Part shown: positions 1-12,000 of the stretch, piece after piece | Layout: each line of letters begins with the position of its first letter | How positions within the stretch are numbered: the stretch's first letter is position 1 | IMG/VR virus record: IMGVR_UViG_3300029319_000017 | Coordinates: 23,893-87,892 of that record | Length of the DNA stretch: 64,000 bases | Direction: 5' to 3' (one strand) | Source: a virus | Notes under the pieces: model-generated | What the model was told of the DNA's origin: nothing | What the model saw: the letters and a program-made list of their open reading frames with translations, nothing else | Databases searched by the model: none | Program-made: the position numbers and the translations under genes

Positions 1-3000
1 TCTAATTTAGATACGATTCTAACAGCTCTTTCTGTAAACTTCTCTGTAGGTAATATGTGTAAGTAACTCATGTTGTTTAAAGACATACCCGATTGTAGTA
101 TTGCATGGTCTATTAACATGTTTTGATCAGTTTCTGGTAACTCTAAGAATGCGTCTCTTAAACTATTAGCTTCATAGTTATTAAGAATTCTAGAGTATAG
201 TTTTATATTGTCTGTTCCTCTTAGTGGTCCTGTACGTACTTTTTCTACAGATGGTAACAACGACTGTAAGAAAGGATTATTAGGATATAATTTTTGTAGT
301 TCTGTTACTCTTTTTGCTGCTGATCTTTCTCCTAAGAATAATTGTTCTGCTTTGTTACCCAGTTTTACACCATCAAAATTTTCTGCTAGCAATGCTGCAA
401 CTATCAGTTCATTTTCTGCTTCATTTAGTACAGTCAATCTAGCAGCTTCGCTTAGAGGTAATCTAGGATCGGAAAATATATCAAAGATTGCATCTAATTG
501 TCCTACAGCTCTTGGTCCCGCACGCTCTGTTAAGAACATACTATTAAATTGTTTAGATGCTGCTTCGTGTGTAAGATAGAATTCATTTAAATGTGTACGT
601 TGTATTAGGTTATCTATATTTCCAAATACATTTCTATGTTTTATGTCATCAAATTTATTTAGTAGAAGTTTTGCATGATTTCTACTTTTTGGTATTGCTG
701 TATCAAAAGATGTTGCTAGTGTTAATCCTGTTAGCTCTCCACCTACTGCATCATACAATACAAAATCTTCTAATACTTGTAGCTGATCTTCTCCTAACCC
801 TTGTTCTATTATTTCTGTTCTAGTTTTAGTAGACATTTCTTTTAAATTTTCAGCACTAAATAACTTAGGTGTTCTTCTTGATCCTTTTTTAGTAGGGGCA
901 TAATATCCTAATACAGCGTTAAATATTGTAGCTTTAGATTGTGGATTATTTTTAACCATGTTTATCTTACTACTGTTTGCATTTAAACGACTAATGTATT
1001 CTTTTATAATAGGCTGGTTAATAAAAAAGACTGCCTCTCTAACAGGAACGCCTGATCTTAATAAGAACATTAATGCATTCCCAACTTCAGGAACAAGGTT
1101 TAAGTCAGCTACAATAGGGTCCTCTGATGCATCTGCAAAAACATTTAAAAGTTCAGATGCAATTTCAGTTATTCTGTGCTCTCCTTTTATATCATATATT
1201 CTGTCTAATCTTATTGCACTTCCTGTTAACCCACTAAAACCTTCTATGTTTATTCCTATATTAGAAAATTCTTTTACACCTTCAATTGTAACGTTTGGTC
1301 TTAGGTATAGCCCTGCTTGCTGCGATTTTACTATGTGTGTTGCATTTGTAGCTGCTATACCTAAACCATTTTTTCCTGATTGGAAATCTTTTGTGATATT
1401 AAAAATATGTGGATAAGAGATTAGTTCTGCATCGCTAACCTGTCTTTCTGCTATTCCTAGTTCAGATCTTATATCTAGTATAACTCTTGTACCAATAGGA
1501 TTAAGTAATTGTGTATAAGATCTAGGAGTAGATAATATTTTTGTTTTTAAATCTATCATCCTGTTTTGCACTGCACCCATATGGTTTAGTTCTACAGGAT
1601 TTTTACCTTTGTTTTCTATAAAGAATTCATCTAAAGAAGGTATTTTATTTGCTTTCTTTTCTAATTTTTTAAATTCTGCTACAACATCTTCTACACGATC
1701 TGCACGATCTTTATCTGGATTGTTTGCAAGTTTTTTAAACCTACTAAATAATACTTCTATTTCTGCATCAGAGTAGTCGTATAGTTGATCGCCTGCTACA
1801 TTAGGATTGTCTCTAAATATAGCTAACAATAAATTTTCTACTGCAGCCTCTGTACTTCCCATTTCTTGTGCTCTAGCATTAACTAGATCTTTACTAAACT
1901 TGTCCCAAAATCTATTAAACGGTCCATACAATGCATCATAGTATTGTTTTATACCTTCTTTGGTATTTGTATCCGCATTTATAAATTCTCTTTTAGTTAT
2001 TTTACCATCTTTTACTGTGTAAGAAGGCATGTATAATGTTAATTTATCAATATCAAAGTCAGACCCTGCTTTAACTACTAACTCAGAAGGGACCATAACT
2101 TGTGCACCAGACTGTGGTGGTAAGAATCCTTTTATAGTCATAAAGTCAATAGAGTGTAAACCGTCCGTTGGGATACGAAATCCTATTAGTTGTAATAAAT
2201 TAGAGTCTCCTACTTTTTGTCCCCTTTGATTGTATACACCATCTGGTCTAACCTGTAATCCTTCTCCTAAAAACTCTTTAAAATAATGTGGTAGGTATAC
2301 TTCCATACCAAGTGTTTCTGAGTTTGGATTATTAGGATCTTTCTTACGATAAAACTTTAATCCGTTTCTTCCTGAAGATTCTACTTTGCCTTGTCTTACA
2401 ATTCTAACAGTGTTTTCTGATCCTAAAGAAGATACTTGTACTGCATTTTCACCTTTTACTTTTTGTGTAATAGAGTTGTTTCCTACCAGTGAAAACAATA
2501 GGTTTTCTAATCTACCTTTGTTTACTATAATATCAAACACTTTCTTGTCCCCGTCAGGCTGATTTAGTAGAGACTCTATACCTGCTGCTACGTTTTCTGG
2601 ATAGTTTCGTTTAGCTATTTCATCACGAATCATATCTGCAAACTTTTGGATATTACCTCCTGTTAATTTGTAACTAACTTCGCCTTTACTATCAACTACT
2701 TTTTCTAAATTAAATCTTTTAAGTAAATTTTCTCTACTTCTTCGTGTAATCTCATTAACTGCATCTAAATAGTCTGATGCATCTTTGTGTACAGAAGAAG
2801 CTTTTTTCTTCTGTTCTGGTGTCATCTTTTCCCAAGAAGCAATGTCTCCTGTATAGTCTGCAGGCATACCCCCTTCGTATAAATTTGCAAGTATGTGAGT
2901 TCTAGACTGCGTACCTAATGTAACTTTACCTTTAAACTCTTTATTAATATCTACTTGTATCCCAAAATAAGATAAGTCTATTACCGTGTGTAAGTCTGAG

Positions 3001-6000
3001 TCTATAGGATTTATAGTACCGTCTTCATTATAAAACTGTGGTGCGTTACCTGTAACAAGATCTACTCTACTACCTATCTTAGCAGCTGTAGGATGCATAA
3101 CCATGTCTGTACCAGACTCATACATATCTTTTAATAATCCTTTTAGCGCAGTGTCTTGACCATTTATTCTAGTCATCTGTGGAAATATAGGAGTTAAAGA
3201 TAGCTTTAACCCTACCATTTGTTTTAACTCAGATATTGCAGGTCCAAAACCTTGTGGCTTTAATGTTGGAAATGCTGTTAGTTCTTCTTTTGTAAGCTCT
3301 TTTCCTAACATTGACTTTCTAAACAAATTTTCTTGTTGTTCTGTCCAGTCTCCAATTCTCATCATAAGCTCTCTATAAAAATGTATATTAGCAAATGCAT
3401 TTGCATCAGCTTCTTCTATGTTTCTATACAAATTAGATATATCTTCTCCTAAATACTCTGCATATTCTCTCCAATAAACACTTTCTGATACAGGATCTGC
3501 ATAGATCATTATATTAGCTTGCCCGTTATAACTCTTATTATGCTCTCCATAGTTTTCTTTTACTTCTTCACTAACTTCAGGCTCATTATTGTTTAACCAA
3601 GAATTCATACGATCATCTACTCTAGGAAACTTTTTTGTACCAGATGCTAGTTTAGTTCTTTTGTATAAATCTTTGTATTGTGCTACATCACCAAAGAAAA
3701 GTTTTAATTGTTCTACATTACCTATAAAGTTTTGTAATGCAAATGCACTAGCTATTGCATCTACCTGATTAGCAGTTAGTTGCTTACCCACTTTGTCTCC
3801 TGTAATATTACTAACAGTTTGTGTATCAAGCCCATTATTTAAGAACGTATTGCCTTTACCTTTAGTAAGTATTCTTGTTTGCAGCATTAATTTTTTATTT
3901 TTACTTGCCTCTTCGTTTAAGTAATTAATTATTGCTGATTGTATTACAGATTTATTTTTACCCATAAACTCATTAATAGGCATGTGGCCTTGTAATACAT
4001 TAGTTAAGTCTATCATTTCACTTGGCTGCAGTCTAGACTCTACTATTTGTTTAAATACACGTAATCCTCCTCCTTTTCTATTATAGTCTTTTATATCTTT
4101 TCCTAATCCTTTTGTATTAAAGTTTACTGCCGTGGTAAGTTCATCTACAAAATACCCTAATAACTGTTCTCTTACATCTACAGGATCAGTAAACTGTTCT
4201 ATAGGAAATCTAACACCATATTCTGTTTTAGCATCAGCTGTTCTTAGTATTGGTATTACACCATTAAGTACAGAGTTTATGTACATAGCAGCTCTATCTT
4301 CATATGTCAAATGTGATGTGTGTAAACCTTGATCTCCAGCTCTATCTATTCTTAATCCTTCTATAACATGCATTTCTATTTTTGCATTAGGATCTGCACT
4401 TATAGCTTTTAATACTAAAGAGTTTGCTACATATGGATTGTTTTTAAAGTGTTCTGGTAATATGCCTGAGTTTAGTTTGTTAGATATTAAACTCATATAT
4501 GTATTTAATGTAATACCATACACAGGTTTACCTTCAGCATTAAAGTGTTTAAGCTCTACAGCCTTGTCGTTAAACAGCATTTCTACTTTTAATAAATTAC
4601 CAAGTCTTGTTTGTGCATCTATTGTTTCTCTAGAAAATAGATCTGCGCCTAAAGTATTATCTGGTTTATTTAATTCTGACAATACCCAGCTTGCAGAGTC
4701 TCTTAATATTTGTTTTATAGTTTTACCATCTATAGTTTTATCAAGATTATTTAGTATTGCAGCTCTGTCTGCAAACTCAAATCCAAAGTTTTCAAATAAT
4801 TCTAATACTGTATTAGGATCATCTAATACAAGAGATCTTAAAACTCCAGTTTGATTTATTTGTTTTAAACTTTTATTACGTATTTTACCTATTTTAGGTT
4901 TGTAATCTAAATTAATTTTTAACTCACCGTCTTGTACACTAACAAGTAATCTACCATCAACATCTTTTACATTAGAGTTCTTTAAATTATTTCTCCAAGG
5001 AGTTATAATAATATTTTTTAATTGATTTGCATTAGGGTCTACAGAATAAAAGTTTCCTTCAGTATCTAATACAAAAGAATCAAATGTATTTTTAGTTTTA
5101 TTCATTTGCTGTGCAAACATATTACTAAGTTTCATTTGATCAAATGAGCTGTTGTCATCTAGTTCTCCTAATCTTTTTACTAATGGTTTAATCCAAACAT
5201 GCTTATCAGATAATTGTTTTAATTTTTCAATTTGTTTATTAGGATCTGTAATACCTGATAACCTATCTTGTATAAAGTTCATAGCATAGTTAGAGTCTAC
5301 AATACCAGTTGTCCCAGTAATATTTATTGTAGTTTCATTAGCTAATGTTCCTAATAACAATTTTATATAAGGATGTGAGTTGCCTGTTGCAGAAAACTGC
5401 ATAGACTCTAATATATTAAATGGGTCACTTTGTCCATTCTTTAAGTTTTCTTCTTTTTCTACCTTTAACGATGTGTCTATACCTATGGACAATAAAAATT
5501 GTCTGTGTACTTCTTGAAAAGATTTTATGTTACCGTCTCTTGTAGTTTTAACTCTACCTCCATTTAAGAATAATCTTGCTTTAGCAGCTCTTTGTGCAAG
5601 CAAGTTGTATTTATCTTTTAAAGCTGTATCATTTGTATTAGAAGCCAGATCTGTATAAATTTTTATTTTGCTTCCTAGCTCATCATACATTCTACTAAAT
5701 GCAGTTTTGTATATTTTAACTAGTTTATTGTTGTACTCATCGTATCTATTAGGATTAGACAACATTTCTAATTCACTTAGTGTTAGTTTTAGATTAGGAT
5801 CATCAAACATAGTTTTACCAAAGTGCTTAGTAAATGTGCTCATCATGTCCATAGAAAATCTAGCGCTTGTAACATTACCATCATTTTCTAATAATGCCAT
5901 GTTAACTTCTTCTACATTTCTTGTTTCAGTAGGAGCTTTTATATCAGCAAACTCTCCAGCTTTTATCTTATTAAATATTGTTGCAACAGTCTGCATGTTA

Positions 6001-9000
6001 GGATCTACTTGTAGTTGTGCATCTAATCCAAACATTGCTCTAAAAAAGTTTCTAAGTCTGTCAAACAATCTAGCAAAGAATCCTTTTGGCTTACTGTACA
6101 CGTCTTTTTTATAAGTTTCGTTACTTAGTATCCACTTTCTAAACTCTTCTGCTAAATACTCTTCTGCTTGCTTATCTGTTGCATTAGAAAACTTAACCAT
6201 CTTTCCCTTGTAGTCTTTAAAAGATCCTTTGTTATTTCTAACTTCATCGTACATTTGTTTTCTTGTTTTGTCATTTAACAAGAAATAAGAAACCTGGTGA
6301 AAGCCTTCATGATATGTAGTACCACCTACAGCTAATTCAGATACTACAGTTCTACCAAATCCTTTAACTTGACCTATAACATTAGGTGTTTTACTTTTTA
6401 TAAACCCTGCAACAAACTCTACTTTATTCCAAGGTAACATTTTATTTATTGTATCTATTTCTTCTTGTGTAACGCCTTTAGACTCTTCTACGGCAAGATC
6501 AAGAATTTGTTCTCCAGAGTATACTTGCTCTACAACTAGGTTTATTTCTTCGTCATCAAACAACTCATCTTTTTTCTCTTCATTTGCTTTATCTATTTCA
6601 TCTTGTATACTATTATCTTCTGCAGGACTGCCTAAAACATCTGAAACCTCTTTATCTTCTTGGACAGGTATATCACTAAAATCTTGTACAGGAGGTCCTG
6701 TTATAGCTTCTTCTGCTTTTTTAATGTTCTTTTCATTTTGCTCTATTCTTTTTTCTACTTCGTTTTCTACTTCAGTTTGATTTTCTTTTACTTCTTGTTC
6801 TGTAGTTCCTTGTACAATAGCAGCATTATTTTCTTCAGTTCTACCTTTAAATTTATTAAATGCAAAGTCTCTAAAAGAGTTTGCTCTAGAAGTATTTTTA
6901 TATTCTTCTAAATACTCTAACAACTGGTCTATGTACTCTTGATCAGATATATTTTTTGGGTCTCCATTATAAAGCATAAAACCTTCAGCATTATCAAGGT
7001 TAGCAGCATACTTAGAATCTACAGCCTGTTTAAATCCTTCCATTATTTCTACTTCTATAGGTCTACCTGCTTTAGCATCGTTGAGCATTTTTTCATATCT
7101 TTTTATCTCTTGCTTTTGTATATCTGTATAGACTACATTTTCAGGTGCTTGTGGGTCAGCTTCTCCTTGATATACTCTACCAGATCTTGAATCTCTACCA
7201 GGTATATCAAACTTTAAATATCTAAATTTATACTGTGGTGTAATATAACTTAGGTTATTCATTAAAGGTAAGTTTGTTTGTAATGGAGGTGCAAACGCAG
7301 CATCCTCTCTAGCTTCTAGCAAGTATTGCTCGTAATTATCCCATTTAAATCTTACACTGTCATCTAATTCAAATGTATTAACTCCTGTTTCTTTATAGAA
7401 CGGCATGTAGAAAGGAGTCGTAGATGAAGGCTTACCGTTTTTATTTCTTAGACTTTTTATATTAACGTTTACTAATTTGTTTAATAAAAAGTCATTTAGT
7501 TTAGATGTGTTATTATCTAGTATATCTTGATAACTTATAAACTGATCACCCATTTGATATCCTTTACCTGTATCAAAAAAGTCTACTCTTGTTACCCCGT
7601 CTTCTGCTAGCTGGCCTTCAGTTCCAGATCCATAGTAAAGCATGTCTTTTAACTTTTGAAATACAAATACTTTTTTACCATCTACATCTAATAGAGCAGC
7701 TTCTTGTCTAAGTTTTTTGTCGTCTTTTTTAGCATTAGCAGGATCTTCTTTAAGAGCTTCATATCTAGTTTGTACTATACGCAATAAGTTTATAACGTTT
7801 TGTGCTTCTTTTGGATTTAATGTTCTAAGATGTAAAGGCGCTAAATTACCTGCAGAAGTTACAGTAAATGCCATACCTGCAAATGGTACTCTATATGTTA
7901 TACCTGAAGGTGTTGTTATCTCAGAGTATACTTTACCTCTGTCTTCTAAGTTTTTAGTAGTAAGTTGTATAACAACATCCTTTGTACCCTTTTTACCTCT
8001 AGAACCTATTACTCTGCCCTTAATTGGGGACAATACTTTTTGACCATTAACTGTATTTATTACATTAGGAAGACCTGCACTCATACCTTTAATGTCTAAG
8101 AGTATAGGAGTTTTAGATTTTAATATTACATCTCTATCTGACTTATATTCATTTAATGCATTTTCTACATTTATACCAGCGCTGTTAGTAAATCTATTAA
8201 CGTTATTTTTATCTTTTAAGGTAGCACCCATCATAGATGTATACACTATATAAGATTTTTCTCCTTGCTTAGGAGTATTACCCTTTGCATTTACTCTAAC
8301 AGGTTTACCTGTATTGTCTACTAAAACTAATTTAATGTCTGTAGTATTAGGATCTACATGGCTATAATCCATGAACTTACCTTGGTCGTTATTAAAAAAT
8401 ACACCTTTTAAATCTTTTTCTAGATCTTGGGGTATGTTGTTACTATGCACAGCCATTAGTTTGTTTTTCTTCATATTAACAAACTTAGATGTAGCTTGGA
8501 ACCATATTAACTGATCTCTATATGCTCTAAATTGATTTTGTTCACCAAGAGTAAGATCTTCTCGCATTGTAGGCTCTTGGTTTTCATCTAAAATTATATT
8601 ACCCTTACCATCTACTATAGATAATTTTTTTAATGTATCCATAGCTGTTTTTTGATCCCCAGCTGTTTTATAAAATCCAGGTCCTGCAATGTCAGGTTTA
8701 AATAAAAATGGATTATTTTTTGCCATGTCATCTGCTTGCATGTCGTAGTTTCTACCTGAAGGCGGAGGATTGTTAGGTTTGTTAGGAGATGTACTACTTG
8801 TGCTTGTAGGAGCTATTACTCTAGCTTCAATCTGAGCTAGTTTAGCAAGTATTTCATCTACAGCATTCATATACTCTATTGCATTAAGCATCATATCTAA
8901 GTTTATAAATTGCTGATCTATATCACCGTCCTCCCTTTGTATTTTATACTCGCTTATAATACCGTTTAACTCATCTATCTCTTCGTTAGTGGCTTTTAAA

Positions 9001-12000
9001 TGTTTTTCTAATAATCTAGATTCTGTAAATGTTTTTTCAACTTTATCTAGTTTTTCAAAAAACTGTTCTATATCTTGGAATATATCTGGATTATTTTTTC
9101 TAAATTGTTTAAACTGTCTATAAGTAGGTAAACCTTCTACACCTTCCATTTCCATGTCAAGCATATCTTGGTCCATACCTCTAAGCCTAGTTCCTTGTAG
9201 GTTATAGTTTTTAGCAGCAGTGCCTGTTATATAAGTAAGTTGCTGTCTTAGTTTATCTCCTTTAAACTCATAATTATCAGGTATTTGACCTGTTTCTTTC
9301 ATTAGTGCTTCTCGTTGCTCTACCTGTTGTACATAGGCCTCTATTTCTCTAATAACTTCTTGGTATAAATCATCAAAGTTTTGTGCATTAGATTGATCTA
9401 AACCGCTGTTTTTAAGCTCTCTAATACGATCAAATATCATTTTTTCTAAAACATCTTTATGACCTTTTAGCTCATCTAATTTTAGATTTATAAGTTCAAT
9501 ATTTTTGTTTGTAGTTCCTGCCCATTCATTTATAGAAGTCTTAAGATCATTTGCTATTTCTGCAACAGCATCTCTATCTTCTCTAGTAGTAATAATTGGA
9601 GCATTTCTAATTTTTTGAGCTTCTTCTCTTAGTAATTCTTGCTCAAGTTGTAAAGCTTCTAAATTACTATTTCTAATATCACTGTCTTCTTCTCTATTAA
9701 GAACATCTATTTGTTCTTGTAATCTAAATAATTCATTGTCTATTTCTCCAAGCCTTTCAAATCTATCTATTTGGTCTATAGGTATTCCCTGCTCTATTGC
9801 TCCAAGTATAAGCGCTTCGTTTTCAGCTGCATATCTTTCAGTAAATTGACCTTGTTTATTTACATTAAACGATTTATTTAAATCTACACTAAACTCTCTT
9901 GTTTTAGGATTGTAGTGTAATGATACAAGTTCTTCTAGATAATCTATTTGATCTAGTATCATTTTTTGTTCTTTCCTTAGTTCTTCTATAAGGGCTTCTC
10001 CAGTATTTATCTGATCTTCAAGTTTTGCAAGAGCTTCTGTTACCTTTTTAACATTTATAAACTTGCCTTTGTTTCTACCAGTTTTAACTTGATTCTCTAA
10101 ACCCGACTCTTCTATTTCTATCATTAAATCTAGAATTTCTTTTTCTAGTTCTCCAATGTCTTTAGCAAGTTTTTCTACCCTAGTTCCCTTTTCTCTTTTT
10201 AATTCATCAATAGCATCTAATAATTTTTTAGCTCTAGCCTGTTTATCAGTGACTATATTTTCATCTCTACCTCCTAAGTTTTTAAGTATAGAAGAATCTA
10301 CTACATTAGTTGTACCTTCTTCTAATAAATTACCGCTAGAGTCAAACCTATACCATTTATCACCTACTCTAAATTTAGCTTTAGTTCCAAATTCTTCAAA
10401 CAGTTTTTGTGCTTCAGGATCATCTATATTATTTTTTGCAGTTTCACTTTCTACATCATCAACATATTTTTCTATTTCTTGTACAATCCTTAAACTTGTT
10501 TTATCTGGATTAGATCTTGCCATGTTATAGTCAGCAATAAATTGCTGTCTTCTAGCTCTTACATGCTTTAAATCTTTAAATAATTGTACAATTTGTTCTA
10601 TTTTATCTGCAGCTTTAGGATCTGTATTTATTAAATCTTTAAGTTGTGCTTCTAAAAATGCACGTAATGCTTGATCTTCTTTCATATCTAAAAATAGAGT
10701 AGCATCTCTATTTGTGCCTGCACTTAACCCTAAAAATTGTTTTGTAGATTCTAATTGATTTTCTAAAAACGATCTGTACTCTTGTACATCTTTAACTACA
10801 TTTTTTAACTGCTCAGGCACAACTAATTCAGAATCTTTTTTATCTAATAATTTTTGTACTTCTTCTAAATATTTTTTTGCACGTTCTTTACTAAATGCTC
10901 CTACAGTAAAACTTTGTTCATTTCCTTCTGAGTCAACATAAGTAATTGTTCTTGCTGCGCCTCTATTTTTAGAATCACCTTCAGTAACTTTACCTCCAGT
11001 TAACTTAGCTAAAAGCTCTGTCATAGACTTTTCTCTTTCAGATAATAGATCAATAGATGCTAATCTATGGGCCATTCTTTCTCTTAGACCCATTATTTTA
11101 TCATTTGTCCACTTTTGATTGTCAGTTAGTTTTAAAACTGCATCTACATCTTTAAAAGCTTGTTGTATTTTATTTGCCCTTCTTATAGCAGAGTCTGCCA
11201 TTTTATTTTTTCTAGCTTGTATTTCTTCAGGACTGTTAAAATCACTTTCTTGGTATCCAAAATACTCTATAAATTCTGCATCTGACATTTCTCTAATAGC
11301 ATCTGCTTCAGATTTTATATCAGCAAATTGACCTGTCATTACTTTAGCTTTTACATAAGCAAAGAATTTGTCATTTTGTAAATTTTTATATTCAGCGATA
11401 TTACCATCTGCTAAATGTTTATCCATTAAAGCTTGCAACTCTTGTTGCTCTGTATAAAAATCTGCATATGATTTTATACTAGTTAAAATATCTCTTCCAT
11501 GTTTATTATAATAATCTGCAGCTACATCTTGAAAAGCCTCATTCATTCTTACCTCATTTAACCTTGCACCTGCTGCAGTCCAAGAACCATTATTAAATGT
11601 TCCCCCTGGTAATCCTAACATACCTAACATAAATCCTAACATAACTTCTGTTTGTCCATTAGGATCTTTAAATGTTTTTATGTAACCTCTATTAAAAGAG
11701 TCTATTAAACTAGCAGTACCTTCTTTACCCATTATGCCGTGTTTAGCTAATGTATATTCGTAAGCAGCTTCAGATAAAACAGACTGTCCACCTTCTTCTA
11801 TATAACCTTCGTATAAAGCTGGTGCTCCCACGGCTTTAATTCTGCTTGCTGCCTTATTAATACGTATTGCATTTTTTTCACTAATCCCTAATAGTTTACT
11901 AGCTCTGTTAGCTGTATAGGCAGCTTTTGCAGTTCCATCTGCAGCCATTACTGTAGGTCTAGATGCAAGTCCAAGTTTACCCATTGCATTTTGATATCCT